In this document: piece by piece, positions 26,826 through 36,732 of the stretch
Layout: every line of letters begins with the position of its first letter
Numbering within the stretch: position 1 is the first letter of the stretch
From: Alphaproteobacteria bacterium
GTDB lineage: Bacteria > Pseudomonadota > Alphaproteobacteria > JACAEB01
DNA: 64,000 nt
NCBI GenBank assembly: GCA_024236075.1
Contig: JACKLE010000006.1
Span: forward strand, 23,908-87,907
Reading direction: 5' to 3'
Made by a program: the position numbers and the translations under genes
The notes under the pieces: generated by a model
Database searches by the model: none
The model's input: the letters and a program-made list of their open reading frames with translations, nothing else
What the model was told of the DNA's origin: nothing

Positions 26826-29003
26826 ATGGGGAACCCGAAAAAGATTGCAGCATGGGCGGTGCTCGGGCTCGGCGCGCTCGCCGCGGCCGGGCCGGCGCAA
26901 GCCATAGACCAGATCGTCGTCACCGCGCAAAAGCGTGCCGAGGCCCTGAGCGAGGTTCCGCTGGCGGTCACCGCCCTCTCGGGCGAAGAGGCCGACCGGC
27001 TCGGCCTCGACAGCACGCTGGGGCTCGCGGGCCACGTGCCCGGAGTGGCGATCGGCCAGAACTCGGGCGAGGGCGATTTTCCGTTCATCTCGATCCGCGG
27101 CGTCACCATGCGCGACTTCGCGGACACGAACGAGAGCCCGTCGGCCGTCTATCTCGACGAGTTCTACAAAGCCAATCTCATGGGGCTCGACAGCCAGATC
27201 TTCGATGTGGAGCGCATCGAGGTTCTGCGCGGGCCGCAGGGCACGCTCTACGGCCGCAACGCGACGGGCGGCGTCGTCAAATATGTGACGCGGAAGCCGG
27301 GCGAGGCCTTCGAGGGCCATGCCTCCGCCTCGGTCGGCGAGTACGGCCGCGTCAAGCTCGAGGGTGCCGCCGGCGGGCCCCTGGCGCCGGGCCTCGCCGG
27401 CCGCCTCTCGATCCTGCACCATCGGCACGACGGCTACACGAGGAACATCTATCCCGGTGCGGACGACGGCAACGCGCTCGACGTGACGGCCGTGCGCGGC
27501 CAGCTCGCCTACCGCCCTTCGGCGGACCTCAAGGTCTCGCTCCTCGTGCAGAACTATCTCAACGACAACGATGCGGGAAACATGTTCTCGCACCGCGTGG
27601 TCGGGGTCGATCCGGTCACGGGCCTCGCCGTGCCGGCCGCGAGCGCGCTCGCGACGGATTCGTTCGGCTATCGCGATCCGACGCCGGGCGATGCGCGCGA
27701 CACCAACTCGAACCGCGACATCTATCTCGATGTGAAGCAGCTCACGGCCGTCGGCACGGTCGAGTGGACCCTCGGCGAGATCGCGCTCACATCCGTGACC
27801 GGCTACGAGAAGACGAGCAAGGACGCGCTCTTCGACAGCGATTCGAGCCCCAATCCGCGCGGCACGGAGACCCATCCCGACGGAGTCGAGTTCGCCGAGG
27901 AGCTGCGCCTCGCGGGCCGCCTCGGCACCGTCGACTGGCTCGCCGGCATCTATTATTTCAACTACGACATTTCCGGATATCAGCGCCGCCAGACCTCGGC
28001 GGCCGGACCGCGCCCGCCCGTCTTCTTCGGGCTCCAGACCGAAAGCTGGGCGGCCTTCGCCAGCCTCGACGTGCCGATCACGGACAGATGGAGCTTTTCG
28101 GGCGGGCTGCGCTACACCGCCGACGACAAGGACTATGCGCTCTTCAACAGCGACTTCGGCGTCGTCTTCAACAAGTCGACCGCGGGCGAGGCCGCGACGC
28201 GAAGCGACGACAATCTGAGCTTCGACGCCCGCCTCGCCTACAGGCCCGCGCCGGGGCATCTCGTCTACGCCGGCATTGCGCGCGGCTTCAAGGGCGGGAC
28301 CTTCAATGTCGGCTTCACGCCGATAAGCGCCGACGCGATTCCGGTCGAGCCGGAGCGGCTCACGAGCTACGAGGTCGGACTCAAATCCGCGTTCTTCGAC
28401 GAAAGGCTCCGCCTCGACCTTTCGGGCTTCCGCTACGACTATGCCGACTCGCAGGCCTTCCAGTTCGACGGGCGCACCTTGAGCGCGACCACGTTCAACC
28501 GCGACGCGGAAATCTGGGGCGCCGAGCTGGAGGCCTCCGCCGCCCCCGCCGAGGGCCTCGATTTGCGACTCGTCGGAGCCTGGCTCGACGCGACCTTGAA
28601 GGACGTCGAGCTGCCCGGTCCCTCCTTCCTCGGCGGCATCGTGGTGGACCGGCGCATGCCGCTCGCCCCGCGATGGAGCTGGACCGGCCTCGTGCGTTAC
28701 GCCTTTCCGCTCTCCTGGGGCGGGTCGATCGCGTTGCAGGGCGACGTCGCCTACAAGTCCGAGCAATATTTCGACGCCTTCAACAGCCCGAGCCATCGTG
28801 AGGACGCCTATGCGGTCGGGAATGCCCGCGTGTCGTGGCTGAGCCCGGACAAGAAGCTCGAGCTCGCGGTCTGGGCGGAGAATATTTGGGACACGGAGTA
28901 CCGGACCTACGCCTTCGACCTTTCCTTCCTCGGCCTCGCGACGGATGTCTGGGGCAAGCCGCGATGGGTCGGCGCGACGGCGACCTATCGCTTCGGAGGC
29001 TGA
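26826..29003 (+). CDS. TonB-dependent outer-membrane receptor
   Basis: ORF track 26826..29003(+). Signal peptide MGNPKKIAAWAVLGLGALAAAGPAQA, TonB-box-like IDQIVVTAQKR, plug motifs (RGPQGTLYGRNATGG), 22-strand barrel-length C-terminal region. Confidence 0.85.
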   Translation: MGNPKKIAAWAVLGLGALAAAGPAQAIDQIVVTAQKRAEALSEVPLAVTALSGEEADRLGLDSTLGLAGHVPGVAIGQNSGEGDFPFISIRGVTMRDFADTNESPSAVYLDEFYKANLMGLDSQIFDVERIEVLRGPQGTLYGRNATGGVVKYVTRKPGEAFEGHASASVGEYGRVKLEGAAGGPLAPGLAGRLSILHHRHDGYTRNIYPGADDGNALDVTAVRGQLAYRPSADLKVSLLVQNYLNDNDAGNMFSHRVVGVDPVTGLAVPAASALATDSFGYRDPTPGDARDTNSNRDIYLDVKQLTAVGTVEWTLGEIALTSVTGYEKTSKDALFDSDSSPNPRGTETHPDGVEFAEELRLAGRLGTVDWLAGIYYFNYDISGYQRRQTSAAGPRPPVFFGLQTESWAAFASLDVPITDRWSFSGGLRYTADDKDYALFNSDFGVVFNKSTAGEAATRSDDNLSFDARLAYRPAPGHLVYAGIARGFKGGTFNVGFTPISADAIPVEPERLTSYEVGLKSAFFDERLRLDLSGFRYDYADSQAFQFDGRTLSATTFNRDAEIWGAELEASAAPAEGLDLRLVGAWLDATLKDVELPGPSFLGGIVVDRRMPLAPRWSWTGLVRYAFPLSWGGSIALQGDVAYKSEQYFDAFNSPSHREDAYAVGNARVSWLSPDKKLELAVWAENIWDTEYRTYAFDLSFLGLATDVWGKPRWVGATATYRFGG

Positions 29004-29152
29004 GCGGGGGCGGGACGGGCGCGGCCGGCGACGGGTTGCGCGGCATCGCCCGATGCCGGAGCATCGCGAGGCGTTCGCCCGCCCGGGCCGGCTACCCGGC
29101 GCCGGCGGCGCGAGCGCAGGGGTCCACCCGCCCGAACCGACGATGGAGCGAC

Positions 29153-32100
29153 ATGCCGACCGTTCTCAGCCCGGCCGAGGCCCTCGGCCTTTCCGGGGCC
29201 GCATTGGACGGGCGCGTTCAGCGCGCCGTGCATCATATCGGCGACGCCACCTTCCGCCGGCTCGCGGAGCGCATGCAGGCGGACGCGCTCGCGAGCGACA
29301 TGATCTATGAGCGCGACGGTGCGCGCGAGCCGATCCGCATCCTTCTGCGCCCGCTGCTCGCCATGCCCGAGCAGCTCAGCTATGTGCACCATGTCTGCTT
29401 CACGCTGACGGAAGCGCTGAAGCGCCTGCCCCAGCTCTGGTTCGACGATCCCGACGCGCGCCGATGCCTCGCGCTCGGCGCGGACGAGGAGGCATGGTTC
29501 CGCGACGCCTGGACGCCGGCGCATCAGCGCAACAATCCGATCTATGGGCGCCTGGACGCCGTCTGCGACTTCACGGGCGCGGCCTGGCAGGATTCCTTGC
29601 GCTTCATGGAGGCCAATCTCTCCGGGGTCGGCGGAATTCACTACTCGCCCCTCGCCGAGCAGCTCGTCATGCGCGACATCGTGCCGACGCTGCGCGCCCA
29701 CGATCCCGGGCTCGATCTGGAGCTGCCGCGCGACCAGCGCGAGCTGTTCCTCCAGGTCCTCATCGACCATGCCCGCGCCATCGGCCGGGGCGCCTGCAAT
29801 GTCTGCTTCGTCGAGCCCATCTATGTGCACGACGGGCCGGACGAGCAGTCCGTCCTTAGCAGATATCTCGAGGAGCGCCATGCGCTCACCACCGCCCATG
29901 CCGATCCGCGCGATCTCACGGTCAGGGGCGACGACGTCTTCCACAAGGACGTGCGCGTCGATCTCGCCTACCGCGACTACGAGCTGCGCGATCTCGTCGC
30001 GCTCGAGCGCGAGCTCGGCCGGCGGCTCGACGGCATGCGGCTGCTCTTCCGGCAGAACCGGGTCGTCTCCTCGCTCGTCGGGGATTTCGACCACAAGAGC
30101 TGCCTCGAGATCCTCACCGACCCCGTGCTCGCCGAGCGCCATTTCGGCATGGAGGAGGCACGCGTCTTCCGGCGCCACGTGCTCTGGACACGGATCGTCT
30201 CCGAGCGGCGGACGAGCCTGCCGCATCGCGAGGAGGGCGACCTCGTCGACTTCGCGAGGCGCCATCGGGAGGAGCTCGTCCTGAAGCCCAATCGGGGCTA
30301 TGGCGGCAGGGGCGTCGTCTTCGGCGCGGCGATCGGCCAGGGGGAATGGGAGCGCCTCATCGGCGAGGCCGCGGCGGCGGCCGACGATCCCGAGCGCTCA
30401 TGGGTCGTGCAGTCGGCGACGCGCCTGCCCGTGCACGAATTTCCCGTGCTCGGAGAGGACGGGCGCGTGTTCGGCGAGCCCTTCTACGCGGTCATGGGAT
30501 TCACGGCGACCGACAGCGGGCTCGGCGTCGTCTGCCGCGTGTCGCAGAAGCAGGTCGTGAACATCGCCCAGCGCGGTGGGATGGCCGCCGTTCTCGTGGC
30601 GCGCGCGCCGGGCGAGCTGCGCATCCCCAAGCGCCCCGTCAAGGCCGGGGCCGAAGCGACGCCCGGCGTGCGCGCCGAGATCGGCGAGCTGCGGCGGCTC
30701 GACCAGACGATCGCGCTCCTGGGATGGGACGAGGAGACCATGCTGCCGGCCGCGGCGCGCGCCGAGCGCGGCGACCAGCTCGCCTCGCTCGAGGCGCTGC
30801 GGCACAATCTTCTGACCTCGGATCGTCTCGGCGACCTCATGGAGGAGGCAGCGCTCGAGACGGAGGGCGATCCGCGCTGGACGCGGGAGCTCGCGCTCCT
30901 GCGCCGATCCCGGCGCCAGGCCCTCGCCTTGCCCGAGGAGCTGATCCGCGCGTTCGCGCAGGCGAAATCGCGCGCGCTCGGGGCCTGGGAGGAGGCGCGG
31001 GCTCAGGACGACTTCGCCGTGTTCGCGCCCGCGTTCGAGACGGTCCTCGGTCAGGCGCGCGAGCGGGCGCAGGCGCTCGCTCCGGGCGAGGAGCTCTACG
31101 ACGCCGCGCTCGAGGATTTCGAGCCCGGCATGACCCGCGCGCGGCTCGATCCCGTGCTCGGCGAGCTGCGCGACCGGCTCGCGCCGCTCGTTCGCTCGTC
31201 CGCGGAGCAAAGCGCGTCGTCGGCGCCTTCGCCCGAAGGCCGGATGGTTCCCGAGGCGGCGCAGTGGGAGCTCTGCCGGGACCTTCTGGCCGCGATCGGC
31301 TTCGACTTCGCGCGCGGGCGCCTCGACCGGTCGACGCATCCCTTCACGCTGCTCGCCGGCGCGAACGATGTGCGGCTGACGATCCGTGTGCACGAGGACA
31401 ATGTGGCGTCGACGATTCTCACCACGCTGCACGAAGGGGGACACGCCCTCTACGATCAGGGACTGACGCAGGGCGATCGCGACTGCCTCCTGAGCGACGC
31501 GCCGAGCATGGGGCTGCACGAGTGCCAGGCCCGCCTGTGGGAGAACCATGTCGGTCGGCTCGGCGCCTTCTGGGCGCATTTGCTGCCGGCGCTGCGCGCG
31601 CGGTCCGGGGCCGCGATGGACGGGCTCGACGCCGACGCCTTCCGCCGCGCCGTCAATCGCATTCGTCCCTCGCTCATCCGCGTCGACGCCGACCCGGTCT
31701 CCTATCATCTGCACATCTTCATGCGCTACGAGCTTGAGATCGCGCTCTTCTCCGGCGCTCTCGCCGTTCGGGATCTGCCCGCCGCCTGGCGGGAGCGGAG
31801 CGCGGCGCTCATCGGCGCCGCGCCGGCCTGCGACCGCGAGGGCGTGCTGCAGGACGTCCACTGGGCGCAGGGGCTTTTCGGCTACTTCCCGTCCTACACC
31901 CTAGGGAGCCTCTATGCGGCGCAGCTCGTGGAGGCCTATGAGCGCGATCATGCGCTTGCGGACGAGATCGGGCGCGGCGATTTCGCGAGCCTGCGCGGCT
32001 GGCTGGCCGAGCGCGTCTACGCCCACGGGCAGCTATACTCGGCCGAGGAGGTCGTCTTGCGGGCGACCGGCAAGGGCCTCGACGCCGGCGCCTTTCTGCG

Positions 32101-32176
32101 CCACATCGAGAGGACCGCCGACGGGCCGTCCGGGGCGGGTCAGACGGCGTCGCGCAGAGGCTCGCCGCGCAGATAG
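29153..32176 (+). CDS. Fusion protein: N-terminal circularly permuted ATP-grasp amidoligase domain + C-terminal M32 (Taq-type) zinc carboxypeptidase
   Basis: In-frame ATG inside track ORF 28835..32176 (no stop for 1007 codons). N-terminal half carries CP-ATP-grasp-like blocks (NPIYGRLDAVCDF...FMEANLSGVGG; LVLKPNRGYGGRGVVFG; SWVVQSATRLPVHEFPVLGEDG). C-terminal half carries M32 motifs (LLGWDEETMLP, HPF, HEGGHALY, DVHWAQG, GYFPSYTLG). Confidence 0.7.
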   Translation: MPTVLSPAEALGLSGAALDGRVQRAVHHIGDATFRRLAERMQADALASDMIYERDGAREPIRILLRPLLAMPEQLSYVHHVCFTLTEALKRLPQLWFDDPDARRCLALGADEEAWFRDAWTPAHQRNNPIYGRLDAVCDFTGAAWQDSLRFMEANLSGVGGIHYSPLAEQLVMRDIVPTLRAHDPGLDLELPRDQRELFLQVLIDHARAIGRGACNVCFVEPIYVHDGPDEQSVLSRYLEERHALTTAHADPRDLTVRGDDVFHKDVRVDLAYRDYELRDLVALERELGRRLDGMRLLFRQNRVVSSLVGDFDHKSCLEILTDPVLAERHFGMEEARVFRRHVLWTRIVSERRTSLPHREEGDLVDFARRHREELVLKPNRGYGGRGVVFGAAIGQGEWERLIGEAAAAADDPERSWVVQSATRLPVHEFPVLGEDGRVFGEPFYAVMGFTATDSGLGVVCRVSQKQVVNIAQRGGMAAVLVARAPGELRIPKRPVKAGAEATPGVRAEIGELRRLDQTIALLGWDEETMLPAAARAERGDQLASLEALRHNLLTSDRLGDLMEEAALETEGDPRWTRELALLRRSRRQALALPEELIRAFAQAKSRALGAWEEARAQDDFAVFAPAFETVLGQARERAQALAPGEELYDAALEDFEPGMTRARLDPVLGELRDRLAPLVRSSAEQSASSAPSPEGRMVPEAAQWELCRDLLAAIGFDFARGRLDRSTHPFTLLAGANDVRLTIRVHEDNVASTILTTLHEGGHALYDQGLTQGDRDCLLSDAPSMGLHECQARLWENHVGRLGAFWAHLLPALRARSGAAMDGLDADAFRRAVNRIRPSLIRVDADPVSYHLHIFMRYELEIALFSGALAVRDLPAAWRERSAALIGAAPACDREGVLQDVHWAQGLFGYFPSYTLGSLYAAQLVEAYERDHALADEIGRGDFASLRGWLAERVYAHGQLYSAEEVVLRATGKGLDAGAFLRHIERTADGPSGAGQTASRRGSPRR

Positions 32177-33093
32177 GCGCGCACATTGTCGTAGACGTGG
32201 TCGGCCATGGCGCGACGCGATTCGATCGTCGCGCTCCCCACATGCGGCACCATGACGAGATTGGGCACGCCGAGGAGCCGCGGATCGGGATCGGGCTCGT
32301 CGCGGAAGACGTCGAGCGCGGCCCCGCCGAGGCGGCCTTCGGAGAGCGCGGCGATGAGGGCGTCCTCGTCGACGAGCGAGCCCCTCGCGATATTGACGAG
32401 CAGGCCCTCGGGCCCGAGCGCGTCGAGAACGCGCGCATCGACGATGCCCTCCGTCTCGGCGGTCGCCGGAGCGCAGATCATGAGGACGTCGCTCCAGGCG
32501 GCGAGCGCCGCGAGGTCCTCGAGCCGGGGATAGAGCACGGACGGCCGCGCCGGCGAGCGCGAGGCATAGGCGACCGGCATGCCGAACGCCTCGGCGCGCC
32601 GCGCGATGGCGCGCCCGATCCGGCCGAAGCCGAAAATGCCGAGCCGGCTCGCGGACACGCTACGCACGAGCGGATAGCGCCCGTCCGCCCAGCGCCCCGC
32701 CCGCACGAAGGCGTCGCCGTCGCAGATGCGCCGGACGCCCGCGAGAAGGAGCGCGAAAGCGAGGTCCGCCACGTCCTCGGTGAGGGCGTTGGCCGTCGCC
32801 GTCAGCTGCACGCCCCGCGCGGCGACGTCCGCAAGATCGTAGCGGTCGAGCCCCACGCCGAAATTGGCGATGAGGCGGAGCGCCGGCATCGCGTCGAGGA
32901 GCTCGCGCGTCGCCCCGAAGAAGGAGCTCGAGACGAGAACCTCGACCTCCCCGCCGTGCTCCGCGAGCCAGGCCTGCGGGTCGGGCAGGCGCCAGAGATC
33001 GACAATGTCGAGTGGATGGGCGTAGGCGTAGCCGGCGTCGACCGGGAACGCGGCGGCCTGGATGATGGTGGTGCCGCGGGTGGGCGGGGTCAT
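32140..33093 (-). CDS. D-isomer-specific 2-hydroxyacid dehydrogenase (glyoxylate/hydroxypyruvate reductase-like)
   Basis: Track ORF 32140..33273(-). Start at MTPPTRGTTIIQAAAFPVD (ATG 33093). NAD-binding GIFGFGRIGRAIARRA. 3' end overlaps the convergent fusion gene by ~37 bp. Confidence 0.8.
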   Translation of the reverse strand: MTPPTRGTTIIQAAAFPVDAGYAYAHPLDIVDLWRLPDPQAWLAEHGGEVEVLVSSSFFGATRELLDAMPALRLIANFGVGLDRYDLADVAARGVQLTATANALTEDVADLAFALLLAGVRRICDGDAFVRAGRWADGRYPLVRSVSASRLGIFGFGRIGRAIARRAEAFGMPVAYASRSPARPSVLYPRLEDLAALAAWSDVLMICAPATAETEGIVDARVLDALGPEGLLVNIARGSLVDEDALIAALSEGRLGGAALDVFRDEPDPDPRLLGVPNLVMVPHVGSATIESRRAMADHVYDNVRAYLRGEPLRDAV

Positions 33094-33248
33094 AGCGGGG
33101 CCTCGTCGGGCGGTGCGGGACGCATGGGTCCTCGCTTGTGCGCTAGAATGGGGTCGGCGCCGTTGTATCATGGTGGCGGCGGAAATAGCGCCGCTCGGCG
33201 GTCTGAATTTGCCGACGGGCGCACAAATCCATCCGGGAGCAGGCTGCG

Positions 33249-33929
33249 ATGATCGATCTCTACACTTCGGCAACGCCCAACGGGCACAAGGCTTCGGTCA
33301 CGCTGGAGGAGCTCGCGATCCCCTATGAGGTCTATCCCGTCAACCTGACGGCGGGCGAGCAGAAGACGCCCGCCTTCCTCAAGATCAATCCCAATGGGCG
33401 CATCCCGGCCATCGTCGATCGCGGCAACGACGATTTTCCGATCTTCGAGTCGGGCGCGATCATGATCTACCTCGCCGAGCTTGCGGGCATGCTCCTGCCG
33501 GCCGATGTGAAGGGCCGCTCGCGCGTGATCCAATGGCTCATGTTCCAGATGGGCGGCATCGGCCCCATGATGGGGCAGGCCAATGTCTTCTTCCGCTACT
33601 TCCCCGAGAAGATTCAGCCGGCCATCGACCGCTACCAGAAGGAGTCGAAGCGCCTTTTCGCCGTGCTCGACGGTCAGCTCAAGGACAATCAATTCCTTGC
33701 GGGCGACTATTCGATCGCCGACATCGCCAATTTCTGCTGGGTCCGCACGCACAAATGGTCCGGCGTCGAGATCGACGACCTTCCGCATCTCGAGCGCTGG
33801 CTCAAGGAGATCCGCGCCCGGCCCGCCGTGGATCGCGGTCTCAAGGTTCCCCAGGAGGTGAAGGTCGAGGCGGGGACCAAGGAAGCGGAGACCTTCATCA
33901 AGGGCGCGCAGACGATCGTCGTGCGCTGA
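33249..33929 (+). CDS. Glutathione S-transferase (Nu-class YfcG/YghU-like)
   Basis: ORF track 33249..33929(+). [28 protein letters not shown]...[13 protein letters not shown]...[12 protein letters not shown] is a GST N-terminal domain with a thioredoxin fold. Confidence 0.85.
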   Translation: MIDLYTSATPNGHKASVTLEELAIPYEVYPVNLTAGEQKTPAFLKINPNGRIPAIVDRGNDDFPIFESGAIMIYLAELAGMLLPADVKGRSRVIQWLMFQMGGIGPMMGQANVFFRYFPEKIQPAIDRYQKESKRLFAVLDGQLKDNQFLAGDYSIADIANFCWVRTHKWSGVEIDDLPHLERWLKEIRARPAVDRGLKVPQEVKVEAGTKEAETFIKGAQTIVVR

Positions 33930-34062
33930 GGGCGCGCCGGCCGCCTCTTTTCGCCGTCCGGTAGGCGGGACCGCGTGCCACAACCTGCGCGCGACATTAA
34001 GCCAGCATTAACCCTAATATTGAGACCTAGGGCGATAGCCGAAGCCACGCACGGGTATCGCC

Positions 34063-36126
34063 ATGCTCGATCCGATTCCGTCCCGTCAGGGTAAATGGCC
34101 GCGCGCGCTCGCCTTTTCGTTCGCGACGGTCGTCGGGGCTCTTCTCGCCGCCGCAGCGGCCGACAAGGCCGGCGCGGTCGCGACGCACGAGGCCGACGCG
34201 CTCGCGGATATGAGCATCGAGGACCTTCTCAAGGTCGAGATCACCATCGCCTCGAAGAAGTCCGAGCAGCTCGCCTCGGTGCCCGCCGCGATCTACGTGA
34301 TCACCGCCGACGAGATCGCCCGCTCGAGCGCAACCACCCTCGCCGATCTCCTGCGCATGGTTCCGGGCCTCGAGGTGGCGTCCCTCGACGGAAACAAGTG
34401 GGCCGTGAGCGCGCGGGGCTCGAACGAGCGCTTCGCGCGACGCCTTCTCGTCCTTCAGGACGGCCGCACCCTCTACTCGCCGCTCTATTCGGGAGTCTTC
34501 TGGGATTCCTCCGATCTCGTCCTCGACAACATTTCGCGCATCGAGGTGATCCGTGGCCCGGGGGCCAGCATCTGGGGCGCGAATGCGGTCAACGGCGTCG
34601 TCAACGTCATCACGAAATCGGCGGCCGAGACGAAGGGCGTCTATGCCAAGGCCGAGGCGAGCGACCACGGCGACCAGATCTATTCCGCCCGCTATGGCGC
34701 CGCGCATGGCGACCTCGTGGACTACAACCTCTCCATGAAGTTCCGCACCCATCCCGATTCCGACGCGACGGCCAATGCGAACGATGCCTGGCAGGCGTTC
34801 CGCTTCTCCGCGCGGACGGACTGGAAGCTGCCGGACGGCGGCAAGCTGACGGTTTCCGGCGGCTTCCTCGACGGCACGGTCGAGACGCGCCGGCCGGTCG
34901 TGCTCCTCGCGCCTCCATATGCCTCGGTGGTGAATTCCGAGGACAACGTTCTCGGCGGCCATCTTCTCGCCCGCTGGGAGGCGCCGAAATCCGACCGGAT
35001 GGGCTGGTCGGTCCAGGGATTCTGGGAAAAGACCTCGCGCGAATATCTCGACGGCGAGCTGAACTACGACGTCTTCGACGTGGAGCTACAATCGGCATTT
35101 CGCCTGACGGACTCCACGCAGGCCGTTATGGGCGCCGGCTACCGGATCGTTTTCGACGAGGTCGCCGGGTCGAGCTCGCTCATGATTCGCGACTACAACG
35201 CCGAGCGAGATCTCATCAGCGCCTTCGTGCAGATCGACCAGGGTCTCTTCTCGAACGGAACGAGGCTCATCCTCGGCACCAAGATCGAAAACAACGACTT
35301 CACCGGCACGGAGATTCAGCCTACGGCGCGCCTCATGGTTCCCGTCGGCCGCTTCAATCTTTGGGCGGGCGTCTCGCGCGCCGTCCGCACGCCCTCGCGC
35401 GGCGAGCTTGACGCGATCACGCCGCTCGCGGTGGTACCTCCGGGCACGCCCCAAAACCCCGGATTCCTGCCGCTGCTCGTCGAGTTCGAGGGCGCTGCCG
35501 CGCTGGATTCCGAGGTTCTGACCGCCTACGAGGCGGGCGTGCGCGGACGGCTCACGGACGAGATCTGGATCGACGCCACCGCATTCCTCAACGAGTACAA
35601 CGATACGGTCGACGGACAGCTCGGCGCGAACCGCGTCGATCTCCTCGCGGCGATTCCGCACGTGGTGCAGCCGATCAATCTCACCAATTCCGGCGGCCTC
35701 GAGGTCAAGGGCTTCGAGGTGGTGCTCGATTGGGAGCCGACGAGCGCGCTCGGTCTTCGCGGCTTCTACGGCTATCTCGACGAAAACCGCGACACGGCCA
35801 GCCTGGCGATTCTCCAGGGAGCCGCGCGGGGCGGCAACGACGCGCCCATCCACCAGGCCGGGCTGCGCGTCAGCGCCCGGCTCGCCGACGGCGTCGACTT
35901 CACCGCGATGTCGAAATATGTCGGCGAAATCGAGGGCCAAAATCTCAAGGACTATGTCGACCTCGACCTTAAGCTCGCCTGGCGCGTTTGCGAGAGGGCG
36001 ACCGTCTCGATCACGGGCAACAATCTCATCGACGCGCCGCGCACCGAGTTCCGCAGCTCCGATTTGCCGCTCTTCGAGACGGAGGTCGAACGGTCGGTAT
36101 TCGGCGGAATCGAAGTCCGGTTCTAG
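34063..36126 (+). CDS. TonB-dependent outer-membrane receptor
   Basis: ORF track 34063..36126(+). Signal peptide, plug domain (DLLRMVPGLEV...IEVIRGPGASIWGANAVNGVVNV), barrel, C-terminal aromatic residue (…IEVRF). Confidence 0.85.
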   Translation: MLDPIPSRQGKWPRALAFSFATVVGALLAAAAADKAGAVATHEADALADMSIEDLLKVEITIASKKSEQLASVPAAIYVITADEIARSSATTLADLLRMVPGLEVASLDGNKWAVSARGSNERFARRLLVLQDGRTLYSPLYSGVFWDSSDLVLDNISRIEVIRGPGASIWGANAVNGVVNVITKSAAETKGVYAKAEASDHGDQIYSARYGAAHGDLVDYNLSMKFRTHPDSDATANANDAWQAFRFSARTDWKLPDGGKLTVSGGFLDGTVETRRPVVLLAPPYASVVNSEDNVLGGHLLARWEAPKSDRMGWSVQGFWEKTSREYLDGELNYDVFDVELQSAFRLTDSTQAVMGAGYRIVFDEVAGSSSLMIRDYNAERDLISAFVQIDQGLFSNGTRLILGTKIENNDFTGTEIQPTARLMVPVGRFNLWAGVSRAVRTPSRGELDAITPLAVVPPGTPQNPGFLPLLVEFEGAAALDSEVLTAYEAGVRGRLTDEIWIDATAFLNEYNDTVDGQLGANRVDLLAAIPHVVQPINLTNSGGLEVKGFEVVLDWEPTSALGLRGFYGYLDENRDTASLAILQGAARGGNDAPIHQAGLRVSARLADGVDFTAMSKYVGEIEGQNLKDYVDLDLKLAWRVCERATVSITGNNLIDAPRTEFRSSDLPLFETEVERSVFGGIEVRF

Positions 36127-36129
36127 CCC

Positions 36130-36714
36130 TTGCACGGCGCTGCCGGACATAAGCGCCTTGCCCCGGGGCTATCGGCCCTGGCTTGCCTCATGGCTTGCGC
36201 GTATCTCAGCCTCCTGCCGGCGCTCCTGTGCCGGCCGGCCGCGGCGGCGACGGACGAGTCGGTCGAGGAATATGCGCTCAAGGCCGCGTTCGCCTACAAG
36301 TTCACGAGCTTCGTCACCTGGCCGAAAAGCGCTGCGGCAAGCCCGAGCTTCGTCTTTTGCGTGCTTGGGGACGGGGTCCCGATCGAAGCCTTCCGCGCGC
36401 TCGAAGGACGCGAGGTCAAGGGGCGTGTCGTCCGCGTCCTGCCTGTGACGGCGAGCTCGGTCGGCGATTCGGGCTGCGCCTTGCTCTTCGCCGCGGGATC
36501 GAAATCGGAGGCCTGGCCAAGCCTCCTCGCGCATCTTGCCGGCAGAGGCATACTGACGGTCGGAGAAGATGAATCCTTCGTTGCAGCAGGGGGCATGATT
36601 GCCCTGCTCCCGGTAGGCAATAAGTTACGCTTTGAAGTTAATCTTAGAGTTGCACAGGCAGAGGGGTTCGAGGTCAGCTCGCAATTGCTCGGGCTCGCAC
36701 AGGCAGTTTACTAG
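36130..36714 (+). CDS. YfiR-like periplasmic protein (DUF4154)
   Basis: ORF track 36130..36714(+), starts 4 nt after the receptor stop. Signal peptide. ...EEYALKAAFAYKFTSFVTWP... is the DUF4154/YfiR hallmark. Confidence 0.7.
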   Translation: MHGAAGHKRLAPGLSALACLMACAYLSLLPALLCRPAAAATDESVEEYALKAAFAYKFTSFVTWPKSAAASPSFVFCVLGDGVPIEAFRALEGREVKGRVVRVLPVTASSVGDSGCALLFAAGSKSEAWPSLLAHLAGRGILTVGEDESFVAAGGMIALLPVGNKLRFEVNLRVAQAEGFEVSSQLLGLAQAVY

Positions 36715-36732
36715 CCGGCTGGGGACGGCCCA

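Noticed and set aside
29153-32176. Two separate genes (ATP-grasp protein and M32 peptidase) mis-joined
   Set aside because: The supplied frame is continuous for 1007 codons. There is no in-frame stop, no ATG and no RBS at the domain junction (~30600-30700). A sequencing frameshift cannot be excluded without reads, so the fusion is reported with that caveat rather than rejected.
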